A DNA stretch of 64,000 bases from Squalus acanthias. Lineage: Eukaryota. The notes beneath the pieces are model-generated. The model saw nothing but the letters and a program-made list of their open reading frames with translations. It did not search any database and was not told the origin of the DNA. Of the stretch, positions 12,975-26,500 are shown one piece after another. Positions within the stretch are counted from its first letter, which is position 1. Every line of letters begins with the position of its first letter. The stretch lies in contig CM059431.1 in the NCBI GenBank assembly GCA_030390025.1, positions 146,384,001 through 146,448,000 of the forward strand, given 5' to 3'. A program made the translations under genes and the position numbers.

Positions 12975-15900
12975 AGACCCTGACGTCGCTTCAGTAAAAG
13001 AAACTAATCCCATTTCCTCGACCTTTCCTCATCTTAAATTCCTGATGCGCTTAATCATCTTTCTTCATTCCATTCAATTCCTAGTCTATTAAATAGAGGC
13101 ATGGCAGGGCAGCTCAGACCCATGGAGTGTACATCCTGTGCCATGTGGTCTGTCCTGGACGCTTCACGTAGCCTGGACGACCACATGTGCAGGAAGTGTC
13201 ACCAGTTACAGCAGCTCGAGCTACCTGTTTCAGAGCTTGAGCGGCAGCTGGAGTCACTGCGGTGCATCCGCGAGGCTGAATTACGTGGCTAGCACATTTC
13301 TGGAGGTTGCCACCCCGCAGCTTAAGAGTATGTAGGCAGAGAGAGAATGGGTGACCGCCAGACAGAAGAGAACCATGCAGGTAGTGCAGGAGTCCCCAGA
13401 GTGCATCTCACTCTCCAACCAGTATTCTGTTCTGAGTACTAGTGAGGGCGATGTTTCCTCTGGGGAGTGCAGCCAGAGTCAAGTCCAAAGCACCACTGGT
13501 GGTTCAGCTGCACCGGGCGGGGCGGGGGGGGAAGAGTGGAAGACCAATAGTGGTAGGGGATTCGATAGTTGGGGGAGCAGACAGGCGTTTCTGCGGCCGT
13601 AGACGTGAATCCAGGATGGTATGTTGCGTCCCTGGTGCCGGGATCAAGAATGTCACTGAGCGGCTGCAGGACACGAGGGGGGAGGGTGAACAGCCAGAGG
13701 TCGTTGTCCATATCGGTACCAACGACATAGGCAGAAAGAGGGATGAGGTCCTGCAGGCAGAGTTTAGGGAACTAGGAGAGAGATTAAACGCGGGACCTCA
13801 AAGGTAGTAATCTCCGGATTACTCCCGGTGTCACAGGCTTGTCAGTACAGGAATAGGAGGATAGAACAGATGAATGCGTGGCTGGAGCGATGGTGCAGGA
13901 GGGAGGGCTTTAGATTCCTGAGGCATTGGGACCGTTTCTGGGGAAGATGGGACCTGTACAAGCTGGGCGGGTTAAATTTCATGGGCACCAGCATATAGGA
14001 GTAGAAAAGAGGAATAATGTGCATGAAAGAGTGAGTGTGTTGCATAGTACTAGTGAAGAAAGTAGTACTGGAGGCGGAAGTAAAACCATATTAGATAGGA
14101 GCAGACCAAGAAAGACTACGAAAAATTTAAAATTGGGTTCAGAATGCATGTACGTAACCGCACAAAGTGTGATGAATAAGGTTGGTGAGCTACAAGCACA
14201 ATTAGCCATCTGGCAATATGATGTTGCACCAATAACGGAAACATGGCATAAAAATGGTGAGGACTGGGCACTTAATATTCAAGGGTACATAAAAGATAGG
14301 GACGGAAAAAAGGGTGGCAGTGCTGATTAAGGAAGACATTGTAGTGTTGGAAAGGGAGGATGTTCTTGAGGGGACAAGGACCGAATCCATTTGGTTAGAG
14401 TTGAGCAAAAAGGGTATGATCACGCTATTGGGGGTATTCTATAGGCCTCCAAATAGTGAGAGGGAGGTAGAGGAGAATATCTGCAGAAAATCGCAGAGAT
14501 ATGCAAGAACTATTGAGTGGTAGTATTGGGTGACTTTAATTACCCAAATATCGATTGGGATAATGCTGGGGTAAAGGGAATGGAGGGGGAGGAATTTCTG
14601 AAATGTTTTCATGAGAAATTCCTTGACCAGTATGTTTTTGGCCCAACTAGGAAGGAGGCATTGCTGGATCTGGTGCTGGGGAATGAGGTGGGCCAGGTCG
14701 ACCAAGTGTCTGTGGAAGAACACTTGGGTACGAGTGATCATCGTATCATATGGTTTAGATTAGCAATGGAGAGGAGCAAGGAACAATCTAGAGTGGAACT
14801 TCTAAACTGGAATAGGGCTAACTTCAATGGGATGCGAAAGGATCTAGCTAGAGTAAAATGGAACCAAAGAGTGACAGGAAAAACTGTAACGGAGCAATGG
14901 GTGATCTTTAAGGAGGAGATGTTCCAAGTACAGACTAGGTACATTCCAACAAGAGGGAAGGATAAGGGAAACAAAGCAAGGGTGTCGAGGGAGATAGAGA
15001 AGATGATGAAACCAAAAAAGAGGATGTATGGCGCATGTCAGGTAAATTCTTCAAGTAGAACCAGACCAAATACAATAAGTTGAGAGGGGAGGTGAAGATG
15101 AAAATAAGATTGGCAAAGAGAGAATATGAAAGTGGAATGGCGGTTAACATAAAAGGGAACCCAAAAATCTTCTATCGTCATGTAAACAATAAGTGGGTAG
15201 TAAGAGGTGGGATGGGGCCTATTAGTGACTAAGAAGGTGATATATGCTTAGAGGCGCAGGGCAAGCCTAGAATACTCAGAGTACTGTGTATCGGTGTTTA
15301 CTAAGGAGGTGGATGCTGACAAAATATCGGTAGCAGTGGAAAAGTTGGAAGTAATGGAAGGGGTGAAAATTGATAGACAGGATGTAGTAGAATGGTTGGG
15401 TATGCTTAGAGTGGATACGTCGCCTGGTCCAGGTGGTTTGCATCCCAGGTTGCTAAGGGAATTGGGGGAGAAGATAGCGGAAGTGCTTGCCATAATTTTC
15501 CAATCTTCCCTAGATGCGGAGGAGGTGCCTGAGGATTGGAAAGTGGCAAATGTGACACCATATTTCAAGAAAGGGTGTGAGGACAATCCTAGTAACTACA
15601 GGCCGGTCAGTTTAACATCAGTGGTGGGTAAAGTTTTAGAAACAATAATCAAGGAAAAAAATAACGGGCACTTGGAGAGGTTTAAGCTAATTAAGGAGAG
15701 CCAACACGGATTTGTAAAAGGCCGATCATGCTTGACTAATCTAATTGAATTATTTGATGAAGTAACAGGGAGGATTGGTGAAAGGAATGCAGTGGATGTT
15801 ATCTACATTGATTTTAGGAAGGCGTTTGACAAAGTACCACATAGAAGGCTGGTTAACAAAATTGAGGCTCATGGAATAGGTGAGTCAGTGACAGCTTGGA

Positions 15901-17024
15901 TAAGGAATTGGCTCAAGAACAGAAAACAGCGAGTTGTGGTAAATGGCAGTTTTTCAGACTGGAGGATGGTAGCCGTAGAATTTCTAAATTTGCTGATGAC
16001 ACCAAACTTGGGGGTGTGGGAAACAGTGAGGATGATACCATTTGACGGCAACAGGAGATAGCAAGGCTAGCAGACTGGGCAGACAAGTGGCAGATGGAAT
16101 TTAAAACCGAGAAGTGTGAGGTGATGCATTTTGGCATAAGGAAAGGGAGAGACAATATACACATGATGGCGCAGTTTTAAAGAGTGTGCAGGGACAGAGG
16201 GCCCTGGGAGCTGATGTGCAGAGGTCCGTGAAGGTGGCAGGACAAATTGAGAGAGTGGTTAGCAAAGCATATGGGATCTTGGGCTTCATAAATAGAATTA
16301 TGAGCTTTCAGAGCGCTACCTGACGAAGGAGCAGCGTGCCGAAAGCTCGTAATTTTAAATAAAACTGTTGGACTATAACCTGGTGTTGTGCGACTTCTCA
16401 TTTTCATAAATAGAGGTATTGAGTACAAAAGTAGAGAAGTTATGCTGAACCTTTATAAAGTGCTGGTTAGGCCACAACTGGAGTATTGCGTCCAGTTCTG
16501 GTCACCACGCTGTAGGAAGGATGTGAAGGCCCTTGAGAGGGTGCAGAGGAGATTTACCAGAATGGTTATGGGGATGGGGGGATCTTAGTTACAAGGACAG
16601 GTTGGAGAAGCTGGATTTGGTTTCATTAGAGCAAAGGAGGTTGAGGGGTGATTTGATAGAGGTGTACAAGGTAATGACGGGTTTGGATAGGCTAGACGGG
16701 GAAAGGCTGTTCCCACTAGTTGATGGTACAAGGACTAGGGGACACAGATTTAAGGTTTTGTGCAAGAGATACAGGGGGGGATGTGGGGAAAAACGTTTTT
16801 ATGCAGCGAGTGGTGAGGACCTGGAACTCGCTGCCGACGGAAGTGGTGGAAGCAGATACACTCAATGTTTTAAAAGGGAGACTGGATAGGCACTTGGGGG
16901 AAATAAACTTGCAGGGCTACGGGGATAGAGCGGGGGCATGGGACTGACTGGATTGCTCTGCAGAGAGCCGGCACGGATTTGATGGGCCGAATGGCCTCCT
17001 ACTGTGCCGTTATGACTATGATTC
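12975..17024 (+). mobile_element. Near full-length decayed CR1 LINE
   Basis: ORF1 ATG at 13101 (MAGQLRPMECTSC...CRKC), esterase GDS...GTND, APE GDFNYP...SDH, RT DFRKAFDKV. Confidence 0.92.
16297..16402 (+). mobile_element. 106-bp Penelope tail insertion with a short inverted 5' part and a hammerhead motif (16317-16351)
   Basis: 12-bp TSD ttcataaataga at 16285-16296 and 16403-16414; TAC-CTGACGA-A...GAA-AGCT-C-GTA. Confidence 0.85.
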
Positions 17025-18124
17025 ATCCAATCGTAGCAAGAGAATCGAATCTCCTGCACTTTCTCCTCGACCCGTTCCCACATTGTTACCTCTGGTATCC
17101 CCCAAGGATCTATCCTTGACCCCCTCCTGTTTATCATTTACATTCTGCCCCTTGGCGACATCATCCGAAAACACAATGTCATATTCCCCTGAAGAGATCC
17201 CGTTCTACCGCACCACCATCTCTCTCAGGCCCTGCACTGTCTCTGATGCGTCAGACAGCTTGTTCAACATCCAGTATTGGCTGAGCAAACACTTCCTCCT
17301 GTTAAATATTGGGCAGAGCAAAGCCATTATCTTTGGTCGTGGTCACAAACTTAATTCCCTAGCCATGGACTCCATCCCTCTCCCGGCAACTGAGAGTCTG
17401 AACCAGACTGTTTGTAACCAATGCATCCTATTAGATCCTGAGCTGACCTTTCGCTCCCATACCCTCTCCATCAACAAGACCACCTACTTCCACCTCCATA
17501 ACATTCTCTGTCTGCGCCCCTGCCTCAGCCCACCTAATCCTGAAATCCTCATCTATTCCTTAGTTACCTCCAGTCTCAATTATTCCAACACGCTAAGGAC
17601 TGCCCACCACCAACGTTCCATCCTCTGTAAATTTGAGCTTATCCAAAACTCTGCTGTGCCTCTCGGAACTCGCACCGAGTCCCGTTCACCCATCACCCAT
17701 GGGCTCACTGAACTACTTTGGGTCCTGGTCTGGCAAATTTTGAAATTATCATCCTTGTTTTCCATCCCTACATGACCTCATCCATCCCTATCTCTGCAAT
17801 CTGCTCCAGGCCGACAACCCTCCGAGATCTCTGCACTCCTCAATTTTGAACTTTTTGCATCCCTGATTTTCAGCTCTCCATATTTGGCGGCTGTGTTCTC
17901 AGCAGCCTCGACCTGAACTCTGGAATACCCTCTCCAACCCGATCCGCCTCTACTTATCGCCTGTTCACTCCTAACATTCTACCTCTGACCAGGCTTTTGG
18001 TCACCCGTTCTAATATCTCTTTATTTGGCTCGGTGTTTCATTTTATCTGAATACGCTCCTGCTGAGTCTCTCGGGACGTTTGTACTAAGTTAAAGGGGCT
18101 ATGTCGATTCAAGTTGTTGTTGTT
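17025..18124 (+). mobile_element. L2-clade LINE 3' fragment (paralog of 7239-8343)
   Basis: Colinear with copy A. Confidence 0.75.
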
Positions 18125-18236
18125 AATCCCCCTTTTACCTTCGCAATAATATTAACATTTCCCTGTGACTTGTTAACCGCAAATGTATAGAATTTCCCAA
18201 GAGCTCACCCAAGACTTGATCAAATAATTGGGGTAC

Positions 18237-18359
18237 ATCAGTACATTGTGAGCCTGTCCCCCTCTCAGTGCTGCCCAGTCAGTACATTGTGAGCCTGTCC
18301 CTCTCTCAGTGCTGCCCAATCAGTACATTGTGAGTCTGTCCCCCTCTCAGTGATGCCCA
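18237..18359 (+). repeat. 41-bp minisatellite, 3 copies
   Basis: Same unit as 9038-9447. Confidence 0.95.
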
Positions 18360-18703
18360 ATTTTCTCTTTGCTATTTGTACAAAAGCTCAGCTCTGCTGG
18401 GTGGGGGGTTCAATCATTGATCCATTATAACCACTACAGCCATATAACCAGAATCACCTGTGGATTTGTAATGAGATGCCTGCAGTCCATTGTGCGACAG
18501 ATAGTATTCGCCATCAGAGGGAACATTTCATCTTCACCCAACTCGCCAAGTTAACTAAATATTGCTGTCCCATGTAGATTGGAACTTCTCTCAGAAATTT
18601 ACTATCAACCAAGATTCACATGAACTGTTTTGGTTTTCTAACTGTCTACAATTAAAATTTCGAAATAGTACGTGTTACATTTTACTGTAAAGCAGAGCAG
18701 TCT

Positions 18704-21594
18704 ATCATAGAATCATAGAAGATAGGAGCAGGAGTAGGCCATTCGGCCCCTCTAGCCTGCTCCGCCATTCAATACAATCATGGCTGATCATCCAAATTCA
18801 GTACCCTGTCCCTGCTTTCTCCCCATATCCCTTGATCCCTTTAGCTTTAAGAAATATATCCAACTCCTTCATGAATCTATTTAATGAATTGGCCTCTACT
18901 GCCTTCTGTGGCAGAGAATTCCACAGGTTCACCACTCTGGGTGAAGAAATTCCTCCTCATTTGTGTCCTAAATGGCTTACCCCTTATCCTTAGACTGTGA
19001 CCCCTGGTTCTGGACTCCCCGACCATCGGGAACATCCTTCCTGCATCTAGTTTGTCCTGTCCTGTCAGAATTTTATAAGTTTCAATGAGATCCCCTCTCA
19101 TTCTTCTAAACTCCAGCGAGTATAAGCCCAATCGACCCAATCTCTCTTCATACGTCATTCCTGCCATCCCAGGTATCAGCCTTGTGAATCTTCGCTGAAC
19201 TCCTTCCATGGCAAGAACACCCTTCCTCAGATAAGGCGACCAAAACTGCACACAGTACTCAAGGTGTGATCTCACCAAGGCCCTGTACAATTGCAGCAAG
19301 ACGTCCTTGTTCCTGTACTCAAACCCTCTCGCTATGAAGGCCAGCATACCATTTGCCTTCTTAACCGCCTGCTGCACCTGCATGCTTAACTTCAGTGGTG
19401 CACAGGAACACCCAGGTCTCGTTGCACTTCCCCTTCTCCCAATCTATTGCCATTCAGAAAATAATCTGCCTTTCTGTTTTTGACACCAAAGTGGATAACC
19501 TCGCATTTATCGACGTTATAGTGCATCTGCCACGCTTCTGCCCAATCACCCAACCTGTCCAAATCATCCTGGAGTTTCTCGGCATCCTCCTCACAGCACA
19601 CACGCCCACCCAGTTTTGTTTCGTCTGCAAACTTGGAGATATTACATCTAGTTCCCTTGTCTAGATCATTAATATATACAGTGAATAGCTGGGGACCTAG
19701 GACCGATCCCTGCGGTACCCCACTAGTCACTGCCTGCCACTTGGAAAAAGACTCGTTTATTCCAACTCTTTGCTTTCTGTCTGCCAACCAGTTCTCTATC
19801 CAAGTCAATACCTTGCCCCCAATCCCATGTGCCTTAACTTTACATGCTAATCTCTTATGCGGGACCTTATCAAAAGCCTTTTGGAAGTCCAAATACACCA
19901 CATCCACTGGTTCTCCCTTATCTATTTTACCAGTTACATCCTCAAAAAATTCCACTAGATTAGTCAAGCATGATTTACCTTTTGTAAATCCATGTTGACT
20001 TTGTCCGATCCTGTCACTGTTTTCCAAGTGCTCAGCTATTACATCTTTTATAATGGACTCTAGCATTTTCCCCAATACCGATGTCAGGCTTACCAGTCTG
20101 TAATTCCCCATTTTCTCTCTACCACCCTTTTTGAATAGTGGGGTAACATTAGCTACCCTCCAATCCATGGGTACTGTTCCAGATTCCATCGAATGTTGGA
20201 AGATGATCAGCAATGCATCTACTATTTCTAGGGCCACTTCCTTAAGTACCCGAGGATGTAGATTATCAGGCCCTGGAGATTTATCGGCCTTCAATCCCTT
20301 CAATTTCCCTAACACCATTTCCCTACAAATACTGATTTCTTTCAGTTACTCCCTTTCATCAGACCCTATGTTCCCCAACATCTCTGGGAGGTTATTTGTG
20401 TCCTCTTTTGTGAAGACAGAACCAAAATATGTATTTAGTTGGTCTGACATTTCTTTGTTCCCCATTATAAGTTCCCCTGATTCTGACTGCAAGGGACCTA
20501 TGCTTGATTTCACGAATCTTTTTCTCTTCACATATCTATAAAAGCTTTAACATTCAGTTTTTATGCTCCTTGCAAGCTTACTGTCGGATTCTATTTTCCC
20601 CTTCTTGATTAATCCCTTTGTCCTCCTTTGTTGAATCTTAAACTACTCCCAATCCTCAGGGTTACTGCTTTTTCTGGCCAATTTATATGCCCTCTCCTTG
20701 GATCTTATGCTATCCCTAATTTCCCTTGTTAGCCACGGTTGAGTCACCCTTTTTGTTTTATTCTTGTGCCAAACTGGGATGAACAAATTCTGTAGTTCGT
20801 CCATGCGGTCTTTGAATGTTTGCCATTGCCTATCCACCGTCAACCCTTTGAGTGACATTCCCCAATCAATCATAGAAACATAGAAACATAGAATCTAGGA
20901 GCAGGAGTAGGCCATTCGGCCCGTCGAGCCTGCTCCGCCATTCAATACGATCATGGCTGATCATCCAAATCCAGTACCCTGTCCCTGCTTTAATCCCCAC
21001 AGTACACATATCCCACCCTACCCCCGTAACCCCACGTATTTAATTCCCCCTAACATATCCCATCCTATCCCCATAACCCCACATATTTAATCCCCCCTAA
21101 CACTAAGGGTCAATTTATCATAGCCAAATCAACCTAACCCACACATTTTTGGACTGTGGGAGGAAACCGGAGCACCTGGAGGAAACCCACGCAGACACGG
21201 GGAGACTGTGCAAACTCCACACAGACAGTCACCCAAGGTCAGATTCGAACCCGGGTCTCTGGCGCTGTGAGGCACCAGTGCTAACCACTATGCCACCGTG
21301 TTGCCCCAGCTCACACCTCATACCATCGTAGTTTCCTTTATTTAAATTCAGGACCCTAGTCTCTGATTCAACTACTTCACTCTCCATCCTAATGAAGAAT
21401 TCGATCATATTATGATCGCTCCGACCCAAGGGGCCTCGCACAACAAGATTGCTAATTAATCCTTTCTCATTGCATAATACCCAGTCTAAGATGGCCTGAT
21501 TTCTGGTTGGTTTCTCGACATATTGGTCCAGGAAACCATCCCGTAAACACTCCAGGAATTCCTCCTCCATAGTATTGTTACTAATTTGGTTAGC
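18704..21594 (-). mobile_element. 5'-truncated CR1 LINE (ORF2), relatively well preserved
   Basis: ORFs 19392-20318 (YLDFQKAFDKV, GVPQGSVLGP, FADE) and 18877-19383. Confidence 0.95.
20876..21305 (-). mobile_element. tRNA-derived V-SINE (HE1-like) with CR1-derived 3' tail
   Basis: Minus-strand head ggcaacacggtggcatagtggttagc...gggttcgaatc; V-domain-like gtggagtttgca...gggtttcctcc; tail matches the CR1 3' end. Confidence 0.85.
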
Positions 21595-21634
21595 AACTAA
21601 CTTTGAAACCACTTTCTGTCTGTTCTAATTGAAG

Positions 21635-23372
21635 ATGTTCAACAGAAACACAAGGAAACACTCCGGGTACAAACTGAAACACTGAGAGTGAACACTATCC
21701 TAATAAAGGAGAAGGTTAAGATTTTCCAGCTGGTTGATCGATACGCTGAGCTAACGGTCATTTCTACTGTTCGAGATTGGACACTTGTAGAACATGAACT
21801 GTTGGCAAGAGGCCGAGACCATGAAGAGTGGAGAGAGAAACATCTCCGGAGAGAGCTGGAAAAAATCCGAACTGATCAATTGTTCCAGAGCAGTTTTTCC
21901 CAGAGAAAATCCAATTCTGGGAGTTCAAGAGCAGTGAGCGGAGTCCCGGGGATTGGAAAAACAACAATGGTACAAAAGATTGTTCATGACTGGGCCACTG
22001 GGAAAATATACCCACACTTTCAATTTGTTTTCAGCTTTAAATTCCGGGATTTGAACGCAATTAACTGTAGAATAAACCTGAGGAATCTGATACTGGATCT
22101 GTATCCTTACTTTGGGAATATTCTGAGAGAGCTCTGGAAGAACCCAGAGGGATTGCTGTTTATATTCGATGGTTTGGATGAATTTAAGGACAGGATCGAT
22201 TTTGCTGACTATCGGAGAAATACAGAACCTCAGCACATGTGCACAGATCCCGAATGCTGGTGTGAAGTGTCTGACATTGTGTACAGTTTAATGCAGCACA
22301 AGCTGCTCCCAGGATGTTCAGTGCTAGTGACCAGCCGCCCCACTGCATTGCATTTATTGGAAAAAGCTAAGATCAGTTTCTGGGCTGAAATCCTGGGATT
22401 TGTTGGTGAAGAACGGAAGGAATATTTCAACAAATTTTTTGAAGATCAGGCAGTGGCAGCAGCTGTTTTCAAACATGTGGAGGAGAACGAGATCCTGTAC
22501 ACCATGTGCTACAACCCTTCCTACTGCTGGATCCTCGGCCTCTCACTGGGTCCCTTCTTTACACAAAGAGGCAGGAATCAGCAGCGAGTTCCCAAGACCA
22601 TCACCCAACTATATTCCTACTATATCTACAACATTCTGAAAAACCATGGCCGAGAGATTGAAAGCCCCCGTGATGTGTTACTGAAGCTTGGTGAGATGGC
22701 CTTCACAGGAGTCTCCAAGAAGAAGATTGTGTTTAGAGCTGGAGATTTGATCAAGTACAATCTGCAACCTTCCCAGTTCCTGTCTGGGTTCATGATGGAA
22801 CTTTTGGAGAGAGATGATTCTGTCCAGAGCGTGGTGTACACATTCCCGCACCTCACCATCCAAGAGTTTGTAGCCGCACTCGCACAATTCCTGACTCCAG
22901 ATCCCAGGGACATCCTGAAACTCCTCAGAGAAGCCCACAGCGAGGAAGATGGGCGATTTGAGATATTTCTCCGTTTTGTTGCTGGTCTCTCCTCTCCGCA
23001 GTCAGCTCGGCCCCTGGAGGAGTTTCTGGGTCCATTTCTTCATCAAACCACCTGCCGAGTGATTGATTGGGTGAAGGAGAAGGTTGAGGGACAGATTGGA
23101 GACACAGAGAGTGAAACTGGTAAAAGGAACCTCCTGAACACACTCCACTACCTATTTGAGTCTCAGAATAAAGCACTGGCTCGGGCCACAGTGGGATCTG
23201 TGAAATCACTTACATTTAGTGAATTGGCATTGACCCCGATTGACTGTGCGGTCCTGTCTCATGTCATTGGACTCTGTGATACAATAAAACACCTCGATCT
23301 GGAGAACTGCTCCATTCAGTGTGAAGGACTCCAGCGGCTGGGACCCGTACTACACAAATGCCGGGTGTTGAG
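21635..23372 (+). CDS. NLR (NACHT-LRR) gene, large NACHT exon (FISNA-like region, NACHT, winged helix, HD2, first LRR)
   Basis: Open 562-aa ORF with Walker A GVPGIGKTT, Walker B LFIFDGLDEF, sensor VLVTSR and winged-helix motif FPHLTIQEFVAA. Pyrimidine-rich acceptor ...ttgaag|at gtt caa (DVQQKHKETLR). Donor ttgag|gtaact, phase 2. Confidence 0.95.
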
Positions 23373-23589
23373 GTAACTGTTTATTTGTCTCTAACTGTTG
23401 GGTGAATTGTAGAACAGTCACGGATTGTGTTGTTCCATAATGAAGGGAAATAAACAGTTCAGTTAAACCAGAGAGAAGCAGATTCAACACAAATATGACC
23501 AATAATAAAAGGATCGGTTAGAAATTCCCTATGGACTGGAGAATCTAAAATGGATCCTTGTGAACAAGTAGGGATTTTACAGTCTTTAT

Positions 23590-26500
23590 CCTCCGCTGCA
23601 CAAGTGGGGAGGAGTAAGCGTGGAAGGGCAATAGTGGTAGGAGACTCAATAGTGAGGGGTGCAGGCAGGCGTTTCTGCAGCCGCAGACGTGACTCCAGGA
23701 TGGTATGTTGCCTCCCTGGTGCCAGGGTCAAGGATGTCACTGAACGGCTGCAGGGCATTCTGAAGGGGGAGGGCGAACAGTCAGAGGTCGTGGTTCACAT
23801 TAGTACCAATGACATAGGTAGAAAGAGGGATGAGGTCCTGCAACAACAATTTAGGGAGTTAGGTAGCAGATTAAAAAGCGGGACCTCAAAGGTTGTAATG
23901 TCTGGATTACTCCCGGTGCCAAGTTCTAGTGAGTATAGGAATAGGAGGATAGAGCAGATGAATGCGTGGCTAAAGAGTTGGTGCAGGAGGGAGGGCTTTT
24001 GTTTCCTGGATCACTGGGTCTGTTTCTGGGGAAGGTGGGACCTGTACATGTCAGACAAGTTGCACCTGAACCGGAATGGGACCAACATCCTTGTGGGGAG
24101 GTTTGCTAGTGCTGTTGAGGGGGGCTTAAACTAACTTGGCAGGGGGATGGGATACGGAGTGGAGCTATAGTAGGGGGTGATGCAAAGCCAAATATAGAGG
24201 AAGGAACAAGTCTGCCTGGAAGGCACAGCAAATATGTAACGGCACAAGGGAGTATGGCAAGGCTGGCTGGCATGTATTTTAATGCAAGGAGTCTTACGAG
24301 TAAGGCAGATGAATTGAAGGTGTTGAACACATGGGAGTATGATATTGTTGCTATCACAGAGACATTGTTGAGAGAGGGGCAGGACTGGCAGCTCAGTATT
24401 ACGGGGTATAGAATCTTCAGGCGAGACAGAGGGGTGTGTAAAAGAGGAGGGGTTGTCGCAATATCCATTTCGGAGTTAATTACTGCATAAGGAGGGATGA
24501 TATTTTAGCAGGTTCCTTGAATGAGGCCATATTGGTAGAACTTGAAAACAAAAAGGGGGCAAGCACTTTGCTGGGAGTGTACTATGGGCCCCCAAACAGT
24601 CAGGGCGAGATAGAGGAACAGATATGTAGGCAAATCTCAGAAGTATAGAAATAATAGGGTAATAATAGTAGGGGATTTTAATTCCCCAATATTAACTGGG
24701 ATAGTCAGAGTGTGAAAGGCTGAGAAGGGGCGGAATTCTTAAAGTGCATCCAGGAGAGCTTTTTGAGCCAGCATGTAGAAAGTCCTACAAGAGAGGGGAC
24801 AGTACTGGACCTAATTCTAGGCAAGTGGTAGAAGTGTCAGTAGGAGAGCATTTTGGTGACGGTGACCATAATTTGGTGAGATTTAAAGTAGTCATGGAAA
24901 AGGACAAAGATGGACTGGAAATAAAGGTTCTAAATAAGGCAGGATCTGGTTAAAGTGGACTGGGATCAGCTACTTGTAGAAAAATCCACATCAGAGCAGT
25001 GGGAGTCACTCAGAAAGGAAATAGAGAGAGTACAGTGCCAACATGTTCCCGTAAAGGTCAAGGGTGGGACCAACAAGTCCAGGGAACCCTGGATGTCAAT
25101 GGATATACAAGAATGGATTAGGAAAAAAATGGAGGCTTTTGGCAGATACAAAGGACTGAAAACAGTGGAAGCCCGAGAAGAGTATAGAAAGTGCAGGGGG
25201 TTACTTAAAGAAATTAGGAGAGCAAAGAGGGGGCATGAAAAAATACTGGCGGGCAAAATAAAGGAAAATCCCTAGGTGTTTTATAAGTATATTAAGGGCA
25301 AGAGGATAACTTGGGAAAGAGTAGGGCCTATTAGGGACCAAAGTGGCAATCTGTGTGTAGAGCCGTTTTAGATGAATATTTTGCATTTGTGTTCACTATG
25401 GAGAAGGATGATGTCGGCATAGAAATCAGGCAGGGGGATTGTGATATACTTGAACAAATCAGCATCGAGAGGGAGGAGGTTTTAGCGGGCTTAAAAGTGG
25501 ATAAATCCCCAGGCCCAGACGAGATGTATCCCAGGCTGCAGTGTGAGGCAAGGGAGGAGATTTCAGGGGCTCTGACACAAATTTTCAGATCCGCCTGGCC
25601 ACAGGGGAGGTGCCTGAAGACTGGAGGACAGCTAACATAGTACCATTATTCAAGACGGGAAGTAGGGATAAACCAGGGAATTACAGGCCAGTGAGCCTAA
25701 CATCAGTGGTAGGGAAATTATTGGAAAAAATTCTGAGGGACAGAATTAGTCTCCACTTGGAGAGGCAAGGATTAATCAAGGATAGTCAGCATTGGCTTTG
25801 TCAGGGGGAGATCATGTCTAACCAATTTGATTGAATTTTTCGAGGATGTGACTAGGTGTGTGGATGAGGGTAATGCAGTTGATGTAGTCTACATGGACTT
25901 CAGTAAGGCTTTTTGACAAAGTTCTGCATGGGAGACTGGTCAAGAAGGTAAGAGCCCATGGGATCCAGGGCAATTTGGCACATTGGATCCAAAATTGGCT
26001 TACTGGCAGGAGGCAGAGGGTGATGGTCGAAGGTTGTTTTTGTGACTGGAAGCCTGTGTCCAGTGGTGTACCGCAGGGATCGGTTCTGGGTCCCTTGCTG
26101 TTTGTAGTGTACATTAATGATTTAGATATGAATGTAGGAGGTATGATCAGTAAGTTTGCAGATGACATGAAAATTGGTGGAGTGGTAAATAGCGAGGAGG
26201 GAAGCCTCAGGCTACAGGATGATATAGATGGGTTTGTCAAATGGGCAGAAGAGTGGCAAATGGAATTTAACCCTGAAAAGTGTCAGGTGATGCATTTTGG
26301 GAGGACTAACAAGGCAAGGGAATGCGCAATGAATGGTAGGACCCTAGGAAGGACACTGGAGCAGAGGGACCTTGGTGTGCATGTACATAGATCCCTGAAG
26401 GCAGCAGGACAGGTAGATAAGGTAGTTAAAAAGGCATATGGGATACTTGCCTTTATTAGCCTAGGCATAGAATATAAGAGCAGGGAGGTTATGATGGAGC

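Larger units (their letters stand above)
11472..18359 (+). repeat. Segmental duplication copy B
   Basis: Begins ccttgacttgctcggcc, as at position 1; same element order as copy A. Confidence 0.9.

Noticed and set aside
12718..12975. Minus-strand ORF ending at cag|gtgaga as a host exon (paralog near 1250-1345)
   Set aside because: No recognisable domain, stops in alternative frames, and part of it resembles a decayed CR1 3' end.
21229..21305. tRNA gene at the SINE head (also about 27230-27304)
   Set aside because: A and B boxes belong to the tRNA-derived SINE head and run on into the V-like domain; no complete cloverleaf.
21688..23376. The 562-aa ORF as a complete single-exon gene
   Set aside because: It starts at GTG and its stop lies inside the splice donor (ag|gtaa); it is an internal exon.
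23550..24134. SGNH esterase ORF as a host lipase
   Set aside because: It is CR1 ORF1, directly followed by APE-RT remnants and repeated at several CR1 copies in the window.
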